From Clostridia bacterium (GTDB lineage: Bacteria; Bacillota; Clostridia; Christensenellales; CAG-314): a stretch of 64,000 nt of DNA. The first letter of the stretch is position 1, and each line of letters starts with the position of its first letter. Under the pieces are notes generated by a model, which saw only the letters and a list, made by a program, of their open reading frames with translations, was not told the origin of the DNA and searched no databases. The position numbers and the translations under genes were made by a program. The stretch covers positions 3,832-67,831 of the forward strand of contig JAQVMT010000002.1 in assembly GCA_028703495.1 (NCBI GenBank). Reading direction: 5' to 3'. Shown here piece after piece: positions 38,673 to 48,784 of the stretch.

Positions 38673-40315
38673 ATCCTCCATCGGTCAGAAAAAACGCTTA
38701 TGCGTATATCGCGGATTGCAACCGCGGAAAGATGTCCGCCCAAGCCTTGGACTTTTACGGCAGGAAGTTTTCTTATCAGAAGCTATTCGGCTTGATAGAA
38801 CTTTGCAGTAACGGTTTGAGTGAGCTGGGAGTGGGACGAAACAGCGTTGTTACTCTATGTCTTCCGAATATTCCGCAACACATTATTGCATTTTACGCTG
38901 TAAATCGGCTTAACGCAATATGTAATATTATTCATCCGCTTACACCCGTGGAAACGGTGAAGGAGGATATGAAGAAGCTTGGAAGCAAATATTTGATTGC
39001 TTCGGATACAGTGTTGGGGCATAGTCGCTGTACCGATATCACCGTAATTTACTGCAAGGTTAACGCTATGATGGGTGCGTTCAAAAAAGCCGCGTACCGC
39101 TTTATGGATAAATCGCATTTTAAAGCGTACAGAAATTACATCGATTTTCTGTCGTTGCTGTCAAAAAAACATAAGAGCTACAAATTCGTTGAGACCGATG
39201 AATATGACCACCCCTGTTGTTATTTGCACAGCGGAGGTACGACGGGACAGCCGAAGACCATCGTTATAGGAAACGGCGCTTTGAATTCGCTTGCCGACAA
39301 TGTAAGCTGGTATTTGTGCGACTTCGATAGGAGCGCGTTCAGCGTGTATTCGGTATTGCCGATGTTCCACGGGTTTGGCTTAGGCATCAATATTCATACT
39401 ACACTAAGCGTCGGCTCCAAGCAGTACCTCATTGCCAAGTTCAACCCAAACGAAGCCGTCAAGATGGTTGCGGATAAAAAGGTCAATATGATAAACGGTG
39501 TCCCCTCCCTGTTTAGGTCTTTGCTTTCGTGCAAGGCGTATCGTAAGGGAAGTTTGAGCAATCTCAAGCTGTGCTTTATGGGCGGCGATACCTTCACCAA
39601 GGAGTTTGTGGATAAGTTCAATGCCGAGGTCACGGGAAGCTCTGACAAGAGGGTGCTTTACGTCGGCTACGGACTGACCGAGGTCATTGCCATTTGCGCG
39701 ATGAACAATCCTTTTCATTATAAAGACGGTTCCTGCGGTACGGCTCCCGAGGGCTTCTATGTTGAAACCTTCGCAGACGGTAAAATGCTGGAAAGAGGCA
39801 TGAATGGCGAGATATGCGTGAGCGGCGCGACACTTATGTTGGAGTACAAGGACGACAAGAAAGCCACCGATGAGGTAATTTTCGAGTACGATGGAAAAAG
39901 GTGGTTGCGTACGGGCGATTACGGCTATGTGGATAAGGACGGATTTTTGTTTTTTATACAGCGTATGAAACACATCATCGTGCGCAAGGGCGTCAACATC
40001 TTCCCCAGCGAAGTCGAAGCCGTAATAAATCAGTTGGACTTCGTTAAAAAAAGTTGCGTCATGGGCGTGGATACCGTGAACCAAACCCAAAAGGTTCGAG
40101 CATACGTCCAACTTAACGAAAACCTTGAATTGACCGATGAAATAAAAGACTATTACACGCATACTATCTGCGAAAGCGTTAAAAAGAAGCTTGTTAGATA
40201 TGCGGTTCCCGAAGAAATTGTCTACGTTGACGGTTTCCCAAGGACGAAGGTCGGAAAAATCGATACGATTGCATTAAGCAAGATTGAATGTAAGGTTTTT
40301 AATGTCGGTCGTTGA
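38669..40315 (+). CDS. AMP-dependent synthetase/ligase (ANL superfamily; acyl-CoA synthetase-like)
   Basis: HSGGTTGQPKT, GYGLTE and TGDYGYVDKDGFLFFIQRMKHII. ATGA overlap with the upstream stop. Confidence 0.8.
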   Translation: MNPPSVRKNAYAYIADCNRGKMSAQALDFYGRKFSYQKLFGLIELCSNGLSELGVGRNSVVTLCLPNIPQHIIAFYAVNRLNAICNIIHPLTPVETVKEDMKKLGSKYLIASDTVLGHSRCTDITVIYCKVNAMMGAFKKAAYRFMDKSHFKAYRNYIDFLSLLSKKHKSYKFVETDEYDHPCCYLHSGGTTGQPKTIVIGNGALNSLADNVSWYLCDFDRSAFSVYSVLPMFHGFGLGINIHTTLSVGSKQYLIAKFNPNEAVKMVADKKVNMINGVPSLFRSLLSCKAYRKGSLSNLKLCFMGGDTFTKEFVDKFNAEVTGSSDKRVLYVGYGLTEVIAICAMNNPFHYKDGSCGTAPEGFYVETFADGKMLERGMNGEICVSGATLMLEYKDDKKATDEVIFEYDGKRWLRTGDYGYVDKDGFLFFIQRMKHIIVRKGVNIFPSEVEAVINQLDFVKKSCVMGVDTVNQTQKVRAYVQLNENLELTDEIKDYYTHTICESVKKKLVRYAVPEEIVYVDGFPRTKVGKIDTIALSKIECKVFNVGR

Positions 40316-40618
40316 GAATTGTTGAATGGATGGTTGTTATTGTCGGTCGTGAAGTGGAATTGACTGTGCGAGCTTGCTTATAGAAATTATAGATGCAAGT
40401 AATATATGAGCTTGCGACAAAAGTAGAGTTAGTGATTACGCAACGGCAATAGGAATACGACTGACGTACAGAAAAGCATTTACAAATGCGCTATATTAGC
40501 GGGATAGAAATACTATACAACATATAAGACGCCTTAAAAGGTTTACAAATCCATTAAAATAGTGTAACATAAGCGTGTTGCCTGTTTGGTGAGCTTAAGT
40601 GTCTTATAGGAGGACGAG

Positions 40619-41161
40619 ATGGAATTCGATAAACTACACATTGATATAAGGGGATTAGGCGTGGATTTACCCATAATGCCTTTACCCAGCGGTATAAAGA
40701 TTGCTTTTTTTAATTTGCATGGTGCTCAGACATTGACCGAACACTGTGGCAAGGAATTGGCTAAGAGCCTGAAGGATTGTGACGTATTGATAACGGCGGA
40801 ATCTAAGGGATTGCAGCTAACGCATGTCGTTGCAAGAGAGTTAGGGCACGACTTTTACGCTGTGGCGAGAAAATCAAAGAAATTGTATATTCAAGACGGT
40901 ATCGAAATACGAATCGATTCATCCATAACCACGGGTGTGGAGCAGAAGCTTTATTTATCGAGGCATGATGCAGATCTGCTCAAAGGAAAGAAAGTAGGTA
41001 TTGTGGATGATGTTATTTCCACAGGAGCAAGCTTAAGAGGTTTGGAAACCTTGGTTCAGTTGTGCGGCGGAAAGGTTATCAAGAAAGCTTTTGTTTTGGC
41101 GGAAGGCGACGCCGCAAAGAGAGCGGATGTAATTTATTTGCAGAGTATTCCTTTGCTGTAA
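40619..41161 (+). CDS. Type I phosphoribosyltransferase (adenine/xanthine PRT-like)
   Basis: PRPP-binding motif KKVGIVDDVISTGASL. Confidence 0.75.
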   Translation: MEFDKLHIDIRGLGVDLPIMPLPSGIKIAFFNLHGAQTLTEHCGKELAKSLKDCDVLITAESKGLQLTHVVARELGHDFYAVARKSKKLYIQDGIEIRIDSSITTGVEQKLYLSRHDADLLKGKKVGIVDDVISTGASLRGLETLVQLCGGKVIKKAFVLAEGDAAKRADVIYLQSIPLL

Positions 41162-41308
41162 GGGCATTTTGCGCGGTCTTATCGTAAATTCGAAACACTA
41201 TCGGGTATTGCGTTTGCTCCAAAATTGTAGGGTTTTACTAATTATGTGAGCGATAGAGTGCGTGTTTGCTGTATCATCGACATCTGCATCTCATGTGTGT
41301 AAAATAGA

Positions 41309-42736
41309 GTGTCAAAGCGATTATCAATGGAAATCGGTGCTAAGAAAGGTAAATATGAAATAGATATGTGCAACGGACCTCTGTTTTCAAAGATAGTAAG
41401 GTTTACGTTGCCTTTAATGCTGTCGGGAATGTTGCAATTGTTGTACAACGCTGCCGATGTTATTGTTGTGGGAAGGTTTGCGGGCAAGCAGGCGCTTGCC
41501 GCGGTTAGTTCCACGGGATCGCTTGTCGGCTTGCTTGTCAATGTTTTTTTGGGCTTGTCGATTGGTGCGAACACGCTTATTTCACGCAGAATCGGTGCAA
41601 ACGATGTCGACGGCGTTAAACGAGGTGTGCATACTGCAATCACGGTAAGTCTGATTGCGGGTGTTTTGGGAATGGCGATTGGGCTCTCGATGTGCAGGCA
41701 ACTGTTGGAGCTTATGCAGTCGCCTGATGATGTAATCGATCTATCGACATTGTACTTAAGAATTTATTTTCTAGGGCTACCGATGTCGTTGCTTTACAAT
41801 TTCGGGGCATCGATTATGCGGTCGTCGGGAGATACCAAGCGACCGCTATACTTTTTGGCTATTTCGGGAGTTGTTAATGTCTGCTTCAATCTCATATTTG
41901 TAATCGTGTTCAATATGGGCGTTGCGGGCGTAGCAATTGCGACAGTAATATCGCAAACTTTGTCCGCTGTGTTTGTGGTTATTGCCCTTACTAGGACGGA
42001 AGGTATGTTGAAGCTCAATTTAAAGAAGCTTCGTATTTACAAAGCCGAATTGAAGGAAATTCTGTATATAGGTATCCCGGCGGGGTTGAACGGGTGCCTT
42101 TTCAGCATATCAAATATGCTTATTCAGTCAAGCATCAACTCCTTCGGCTCTGATGTTATTGCGGGAAACGGTGCTGCCGCGAATATAGAAGCATTTGTCT
42201 GGACGGGAATGAATTCCTTCCACCAAGCTGCTATCAATTTCATCAGCCAAAACAGAGGAGCCAATAAACCCGATCGAATGAGGAAGGCTGTAAACTACTG
42301 TCTTTTGTTGGTTGTAATTATCGGCGCGACCTTGGGCGCGATCGCATTGTTGTTCTCGCGATCTCTGTTGACCTTGTATAATACGGATCCGGCTGTAATT
42401 GAAGCGGGAGTCATGCGAATGAGGATTATTTGCACGACCTATTTTTTATGCGGCATTATGGATGTAATGCTGGGAGTTATGCGAGGGTACGGGTATTCCA
42501 TTGTTCCGACGATTGTTGCTCTTTGCGGAGTTTGTGCTTTTCGTGTAATTTGGATTTTCGGCGTTTTTGCCTTTATTCCAACGAGATTCGTTCTATATTT
42601 AAGCTATCCCGTGTCGTGGGTGATAACGGCAATCGCGCACTATATATGCTATCTGTATGCAAGGAAAAAGCTAGAAAAAAAGATTGCCGAGCAAAAAACA
42701 GTCGATACTCCCGATAATTCCGCGTCCGTGCAGTAG
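41309..42736 (+). CDS. MATE family efflux transporter
   Basis: FTLPLMLSGMLQLLYNAADVIVVGRF and 12 TM segments. The start is ambiguous (GTG 41309 or ATG 41327). Confidence 0.85.
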   Translation: MSKRLSMEIGAKKGKYEIDMCNGPLFSKIVRFTLPLMLSGMLQLLYNAADVIVVGRFAGKQALAAVSSTGSLVGLLVNVFLGLSIGANTLISRRIGANDVDGVKRGVHTAITVSLIAGVLGMAIGLSMCRQLLELMQSPDDVIDLSTLYLRIYFLGLPMSLLYNFGASIMRSSGDTKRPLYFLAISGVVNVCFNLIFVIVFNMGVAGVAIATVISQTLSAVFVVIALTRTEGMLKLNLKKLRIYKAELKEILYIGIPAGLNGCLFSISNMLIQSSINSFGSDVIAGNGAAANIEAFVWTGMNSFHQAAINFISQNRGANKPDRMRKAVNYCLLLVVIIGATLGAIALLFSRSLLTLYNTDPAVIEAGVMRMRIICTTYFLCGIMDVMLGVMRGYGYSIVPTIVALCGVCAFRVIWIFGVFAFIPTRFVLYLSYPVSWVITAIAHYICYLYARKKLEKKIAEQKTVDTPDNSASVQ

Positions 42737-42875
42737 GTTTTCTTCGCTAATAAAGGCACACGAGAAGAGAACAAGGCGGGAAGTTAAATTGCTAATAGTG
42801 GTATCGGTATTTGATACAATCAAACGGTTCGGCAAATGTTGCTTTGGATTTTCACAAGTATATCGGAGGAAGGAT

Positions 42876-43430
42876 ATGAATACAATAGAAGCTATTTTAT
42901 CGAGAAGGTCAATCAGGGCGTACAGCAAAAAAGCGGTGGAACGCGATAAATTGGACAAGCTTATTGAGTGTGCAAAATTCACTCCGTCTGCGAGGAATAT
43001 GCAGTCCTGGCATTTTACGGTTATTGAGAACGAGGACGTTCGCTTGGAGTATTCTCGACTTATACTTCGTGCGTTTCGCAGTGAAGATCCGAGTTTTGTC
43101 CCCAAAGCCGGATGTGAAGCGGACTTTTTCTATGGCGCACCCGTTGTTATTGTTGTCAGCGGCGACAAAAACGATAGTTGGTCTACGGTAAATTGTGCGT
43201 TGGCAGCACAAAACCTTACACTCGCTGCTACCGATATGGATTTGGGAAGCCTAATTGTGGGAATGGTGAGAAAGGTCGGAGAGGTCTATACTACCGTTGA
43301 AGCTGAAAAAAGATTGCTGAAGCTCCCCGATAACTATCGGGTTTGTGTTGCGGTGGCGGTGGGCTATGCCGCAGAAACGCCAAAGGAGCGCGCTGCGAGG
43401 GCATCGGATACGGTTACTGTAATAAAATAA
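42876..43430 (+). CDS. Nitroreductase family protein
   Basis: ILSRRSIRAY and SARNMQSWHFTVI. ATG follows GGAGGAAGG. Confidence 0.85.
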   Translation: MNTIEAILSRRSIRAYSKKAVERDKLDKLIECAKFTPSARNMQSWHFTVIENEDVRLEYSRLILRAFRSEDPSFVPKAGCEADFFYGAPVVIVVSGDKNDSWSTVNCALAAQNLTLAATDMDLGSLIVGMVRKVGEVYTTVEAEKRLLKLPDNYRVCVAVAVGYAAETPKERAARASDTVTVIK

Positions 43431-43723
43431 CCTTTATGATGCACTCATATTTCCCTAAGCCTCGCGATATCTAAAATTATTCACGAGATAAATCGAAAAG
43501 CGGAAGTTTTTTCGGTGTTTTTCTTCGGAAAGAAGGCAATACCTTAAGCTAAAGGTTTATATGGATACAGTCGGGTTGATATTATCCTTGACACTGTTTT
43601 GTATAAGCCGCGCTCGACTGTGGATTGATTCGGGCGTTTTGTCGGTTGCTTTCCGAGGTTATTGCAAAATCGGAAAGTAAGAGGAATTGCCTGCGTGGCT
43701 AGCGTAAGTCGAATGAGGTGTTG

Positions 43724-45067
43724 ATGAGTGCATTTGAGGATTATTCGAATAAAGCCCTGTGTATGCTGAAAAAGAGCGGCTATAAAGCGTATTTTGTAGG
43801 CGGATGTGTACGCGATTTTCTGTTGGGCAGGGGCGTATTAGACATTGACATTGCGACCGATGCGCTCCCCGATGAAATAAAGAAGACCTTTGCGGAGTAT
43901 ACTACCGTGGATTGCGGAATCAAGCACGGAACAGTGAAGGTGGTTTTCAACGAGGGAGTATGCGACATAACGACATTTCGCAAGGACGGTGACTATTCGG
44001 ATAACAGGCACCCTAAAAAAGTCAGCTTTGTATCGGAGCTTCAGGAGGATTTGAGCAGGAGAGATTTTACGATTAATGCCATATGCATGGATGAATATGG
44101 TAGTATAATCGACTATTTCGGTGGTTTGAAGGATCTAAGGGCGGGCATAATTAGATGCGTCGGCGATCCCGATTTGCGTTTCCGAGAAGATGCCCTTAGG
44201 ATAATGCGCGCGTTGCGTTTCGCTTCGGTATTGAAATTCGAGATCGAACGGGAAACAGATGCGGCTCTACGGGAAAACGCATACAGGCTTAACTCTATTT
44301 CGGGAGAGCGTATTTTCGATGAATTAAAAAAACTGCTTATTGGAGACGGAGTAAAGCGCGTAATCCTTGACTATCCCGAGGTTTTCGCAACTTTTATTCC
44401 CGAGATTATGCAGAGTGTCGGATGTGAGCAATTCAACGAATACCATATTTACGATGTTTTGGAGCATACGGCGGTTTCCGTGCAGTCAATCGAAAAGGAT
44501 TGGCGATTGCGGTTGGTAATGCTTTTGCATGATTTGGGTAAGCCCTTTGTTATAAGGGTTGATGCCAACGGGTGCGGACATTCATACGGGCATAGTGCGC
44601 GTTCCTGTGAAATAGCCGAACGCGTGTTAGATAGATTAAAGATGTCCAATTCGGACAAAATCTATGTTCTGGAATTGATACGTTTTCATAATTATAAGAA
44701 TCTTTCAGGAAGGGTTGAAGTGAAGAGATCCTTGCGGAAGTTTGGTTTGAAAATGTTCATTAATCTGCTAAAGGTACAACGCGCGGATGCTATGGCGAAG
44801 AATCGTAAGCTGATAATAACTAAGGACAATTATTTTGGGACTTTGGAAGAAATAACTTCCGAGGTCAAACGTATCGAAGCGAATAATGAGTGTTATTCGT
44901 TGGGTAGGCTAGCAGTAAACGGTGACGATTTGATAGAATTCGGATTTGTCGGTGGAAAGAAGGTCGGCAGAATACTGGAGTTGCTGTTAAGCGCGGTAAT
45001 TGCCGATAAATGCGATAATTGTAAAGCGGCATTGCTTGAGTATGCCGCGAAATATAAGGAGAATTGA
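43724..45067 (+). CDS. cca: CCA-adding tRNA nucleotidyltransferase with HD domain
   Basis: AYFVGGCVRDFLLG, RDFTINA and the HD region LLHDLGKP. Confidence 0.85.
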   Translation: MSAFEDYSNKALCMLKKSGYKAYFVGGCVRDFLLGRGVLDIDIATDALPDEIKKTFAEYTTVDCGIKHGTVKVVFNEGVCDITTFRKDGDYSDNRHPKKVSFVSELQEDLSRRDFTINAICMDEYGSIIDYFGGLKDLRAGIIRCVGDPDLRFREDALRIMRALRFASVLKFEIERETDAALRENAYRLNSISGERIFDELKKLLIGDGVKRVILDYPEVFATFIPEIMQSVGCEQFNEYHIYDVLEHTAVSVQSIEKDWRLRLVMLLHDLGKPFVIRVDANGCGHSYGHSARSCEIAERVLDRLKMSNSDKIYVLELIRFHNYKNLSGRVEVKRSLRKFGLKMFINLLKVQRADAMAKNRKLIITKDNYFGTLEEITSEVKRIEANNECYSLGRLAVNGDDLIEFGFVGGKKVGRILELLLSAVIADKCDNCKAALLEYAAKYKEN

Positions 45068-45068
45068 A

Positions 45069-45896
45069 ATGGAACAAAAAAGAGTAGTTAGTATACAAGA
45101 TATTTCTTGTTTTGGAAAATGCTCGCTAACGGTTGCACTGCCGATTATATCTGCTATGGGTGTGGAAACGGCAATTATTCCTACCGCGGTGCTAAGCACG
45201 CACACGGGTGGATTTACGGGATTTACCTTTACAGACCTTTCCGATGATATACCCGCAATTGAAAAGCACTGGTTGAGTTTGGGCTTGAAGTTTGACGCTG
45301 TGTATACCGGCTATTTGGGTAGCATTAAGCAAATCGAGATGATCGAGAATTTCTTCGACTGCTTCGATGCGTTAAAGGTCGTGGATCCCGTTATGGCGGA
45401 TCACGGCAAGCTTTATACGGGCTTCACGGTCGAATATGCCAAAAGAATGGCAAAGATGTGCGGCAAAGCCGACATAATACTCCCAAACATCACCGAAGCC
45501 TGCTTAATGACGGATACGGAGTATGTCGACAGCGGTTACGATAAGTCTTATATTGACGGCTTGATTCAAAAGCTTGCGAAGCTTGGAGCCAAAAAGGTAT
45601 GTATCACGGGTGTCAGCTATAAGCCCGAGGAGTTGGGCGTTGTGCTTTTCGATACAATAACCAAAAAAACGACTGAGTATTACAGTAAAAGAATCGACGC
45701 ACAGTACCACGGCACGGGCGATTGCTTTGCAAGTAGCTTCGTTGGAGCGGTTATGAACGGAAAAACTATGTATGAATCCATAAAGATTGCCGCCGAGTTT
45801 ACAGCAGAATGCATCGATAAAACCGTTGGCGACAAGCAACACTGGTACGGAGTAAAATTCGAAAACTGCTTGGGCGATCTGATTAAGATGCTTTAA
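45069..45896 (+). CDS. pdxK: Pyridoxal/pyridoxamine kinase
   Basis: VVSIQDISCFGKCSLTVALPIISAMG, DPVMADHG and GTGDCFAS. Confidence 0.8.
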   Translation: MEQKRVVSIQDISCFGKCSLTVALPIISAMGVETAIIPTAVLSTHTGGFTGFTFTDLSDDIPAIEKHWLSLGLKFDAVYTGYLGSIKQIEMIENFFDCFDALKVVDPVMADHGKLYTGFTVEYAKRMAKMCGKADIILPNITEACLMTDTEYVDSGYDKSYIDGLIQKLAKLGAKKVCITGVSYKPEELGVVLFDTITKKTTEYYSKRIDAQYHGTGDCFASSFVGAVMNGKTMYESIKIAAEFTAECIDKTVGDKQHWYGVKFENCLGDLIKML

Positions 45897-46000
45897 ATAA
45901 TTGTCGCAGTTGCTTTTTTATATAGGCATAGGATAATTGATTGTACTAATCATTTTATGCTAGATAATTGACATAGCTAATAAGTCACAAAGCCAATAAA

Positions 46001-46034
46001 AGGCGGGAGATTACTTTGCTCTCCTGCCTTTTTC
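46001..46034. terminator. Bidirectional terminator between the convergent pdxK and acyltransferase genes
   Basis: AAAAGGCGGGAGA ... TCTCCTGCCTTTTT, with A- and T-runs on both sides. Confidence 0.7.
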
Positions 46035-46165
46035 TGTATATAAGAAATTAATATCAATTATTTTGAGTTATCGAATTATTAGAGAAATTGAGGATTTTTG
46101 GTTGCCGACATTGTCATAGCAAAGAAGGCATGTAATCGGAGCTAACCGATTTATCGCTTAATTCG

Positions 46166-47377
46166 TTAAATGCCCAAAAATTCGTTTTTGGCAGTACAGT
46201 TAACGCAGTTTAAAAGATTTTTTGCATGATAGAACATATGGAGATATTTAAACGTGTTGACCTTTTTTGAGGGCTTGAGCAAATAACTTTCGCGTGAGCA
46301 GTGGATGGTGAGAACATCTCGCGCCCTTATGGTTGTGCAACACAGCGAATCTGTTGAATCCAAATCAAAAACTACAGATTGCTTTTTTCCGACAAACTCC
46401 ATACGGTTGGGATAGAAGATGAGAGTGCCTTTGTCCAGTTTTCTGCGCGGAACGTTGTTTAAAAGTATTATTTCGTCATCGTAAAAGAGCGGAGTATTCA
46501 CGTCTAAACCCAAAAATGAGTAATTATGGACATATTCACGCTGAAAAGCGTACCATTCGGCCGTATCTTTAAAAGCAAAGGGATTGCCGTCGAGAGTTTG
46601 AAAAGTCATATCGGGCAAGTATCTTGCGGAAAGCCCACAGATATCGCAGCTAATAACATCGCCCTTTGTTGAAAATGATGTGATTTTATTGCAGTGTGGG
46701 CAAACGTACGCGAATTTCTCCATACCCTCGGCAAGCTTTGAGGAATAGTACTTGTTACCCAAGCTCTGTTCCTTTATATAAAGGTTGTCGCATATTATCG
46801 AGTAAAACTCATCGTCGCTCAGCTTAGAGTACTCCTCGTAATCGATGGTATTCTTTACATAGCATTTTATCTTTCCCTTGCGAACAGAATTAGCCCACCT
46901 GGGTTGTATACCGTAACCGCCTTCAATCACGAAAAACGAAACGGGAATCTTGAGCAAGCGGATAAGCTTGACAATTGAAGGACTGATATAGCCGGTGATG
47001 CCATCGAGTGTGCGGTTGCCTTCGGGCGCAATCCAAAAGCTCTCACCCTCTTTAATAATCTTGTAGGTATTGCGAATACATACAGAATCGGGTTTGCCCT
47101 TAACGCGCTCCACGGGAGCAACGGCAAATCGCAAGAGCTTGGAAACAAAAGGAGTGAAAGCCACGCTTGAAACCATATAGTACAAAGGTCGGTTGACAGA
47201 AAGAGCCATAAAAAACTGGTCGTAAGCCGTAGAATGGTTGGACAAAAACAACCGCGGTTGTCCCTTGGTAAGCCGTATTTTTTCGCCCACCTTAAAATGA
47301 CAACGGATCTTGCAGAGCATCGCAATTATTGGTCTACCTAAAACTGTAATAACTTTATGTCTGGTTTTTGTCCACAT
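46166..47377 (-). CDS. PlsC-family (lysophospholipid-type) acyltransferase with a ~200-aa C-terminal extension carrying a zinc ribbon
   Basis: H(X4)D block NHSTAYD and PEGNRT block. C-terminal CPHC-X15-CDIC. Confidence 0.75.
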   Translation of the reverse strand: MWTKTRHKVITVLGRPIIAMLCKIRCHFKVGEKIRLTKGQPRLFLSNHSTAYDQFFMALSVNRPLYYMVSSVAFTPFVSKLLRFAVAPVERVKGKPDSVCIRNTYKIIKEGESFWIAPEGNRTLDGITGYISPSIVKLIRLLKIPVSFFVIEGGYGIQPRWANSVRKGKIKCYVKNTIDYEEYSKLSDDEFYSIICDNLYIKEQSLGNKYYSSKLAEGMEKFAYVCPHCNKITSFSTKGDVISCDICGLSARYLPDMTFQTLDGNPFAFKDTAEWYAFQREYVHNYSFLGLDVNTPLFYDDEIILLNNVPRRKLDKGTLIFYPNRMEFVGKKQSVVFDLDSTDSLCCTTIRARDVLTIHCSRESYLLKPSKKVNTFKYLHMFYHAKNLLNCVNCTAKNEFLGI

Positions 47378-47787
47378 ATTCCCCTCTTTCCGTTCATTGT
47401 ATATTATTTTTACCGAAAAAGCAACCGATTACACCCCTTTGCGAGCAAAACAGATAAATCAGCTTGGATGTATCGTCAAATTACTGTTAATAAAGCTATT
47501 ATGCATTAGTACCATTATGGTTGCGCTTATTGACTTGAATGAGTTCAAGCTCGTGCCTTTGGTCTGCTTTTAGATAACCACGCTGAAATAAGTATACGGA
47601 TTGCTTCAATTATATAACGAATTATATTAATCCAACCTAAAACTTACCTTAAATTGCTTTTAAAAACACCTAAAATATGTTAAAATGAGCATAGAGAGTT
47701 GTGGTGGCTTGTTGGAATTCGATTTTTGGAGAGAATTTGTTTGACAACCGCTTATTCAAGAGTATACAAGAAACGAACAGAGGTAAA

Positions 47788-48576
47788 ATGAGCTTAAACG
47801 AAAGTATAATCAGCACTGTGTCAAAACAGTATAAAATATCACTGGCGGAGAACAAGGATGAAGTTGTTCAGGCACAAAGAATCCGTTATGAGTATTTGAG
47901 AAAAGAATACAATCAGGACGCTTATGAAGAAAGCGGTTTAGATGTCGATTGTTATGATGAGTTTAGCTCTCATATGATTGTGTCCTTCAGAAAGGAGGAA
48001 GACTCTCCTTGGGAGGTGGTCGGAACTTATCGAGTTACTCGTTGGGAGCACATAAAGGAGCATTTTACCGCCTTTATGACCGAGAGTGAGTTTGATTTAA
48101 GTACGCTTAAGCGCACGCAACTGAACGACCTTGTGGAGCTTAGTCGTGCCGTTATTGTACCCGCTCACCGTAACGGTGTTGTAATACAACTCTTATGGGA
48201 GGGCATTATGCGCTACTGTGCCAAGTACAACACTAGGTACATTATCGGAACCGCAAGCTTTCATGGCACCGACATTGAAACGTGCAAGCAGGGCTTGTCT
48301 CACCTAATATCCGATTTCCCTCTAGAGGACTCATATGGAGTAATACCCGCCGCAAACAAGGGTAGCGGATTTCTTCCGCTTCCGTCCGAGCAAATCGACA
48401 GGACTGCCGCCAACGAGCAAATACCTTCTCTGATTAAGTCATACAGTAAAATGAACGGCAGATTCGCGCGTGGTATATTCGTGGACGAGCCGTTTTGCAG
48501 TATCGATGTTTTCATATATATTGATAAAAAACACATACCGGAGTTCTATACGCGCCGTATGCGCTACATTGATTAG
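47788..48576 (+). CDS. OlsB-type GNAT N-acyltransferase (PF13444-like; N-acyl amino acid synthase / hemolysin-like)
   Basis: AQRIRYEYL, DEFSSHMIV, VVGTYRV, ESEFDL and LVELSRAVI follow the pattern I recall for OlsB/Acetyltransf_5 proteins. Confidence 0.65.
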   Translation: MSLNESIISTVSKQYKISLAENKDEVVQAQRIRYEYLRKEYNQDAYEESGLDVDCYDEFSSHMIVSFRKEEDSPWEVVGTYRVTRWEHIKEHFTAFMTESEFDLSTLKRTQLNDLVELSRAVIVPAHRNGVVIQLLWEGIMRYCAKYNTRYIIGTASFHGTDIETCKQGLSHLISDFPLEDSYGVIPAANKGSGFLPLPSEQIDRTAANEQIPSLIKSYSKMNGRFARGIFVDEPFCSIDVFIYIDKKHIPEFYTRRMRYID

Positions 48577-48656
48577 GTGCTCTCAATTTAACGAGTGACA
48601 TCTACCTAATTCAAAGTATATTTTTATTATTGCGAGCTGACTTAACAAAAATATAA

Positions 48657-48683
48657 ATAGCACAGCTTCATGCTGTGCTATGG
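48657..48683 (-). terminator. Terminator hairpin downstream of the MarR-like gene
   Basis: Perfect stem ATAGCACAGC / GCTGTGCTAT, followed on the minus strand by TTATATTTTTGTT. Confidence 0.65.
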
Positions 48684-48784
48684 TACGAGCCATGTTAGAA
48701 GAATACTCACCAAAATAACTATGACTAAATTATCCTATCATTCGCGGATTGGTATTTCGTTGCTATTTGATTCGACATCGACAT

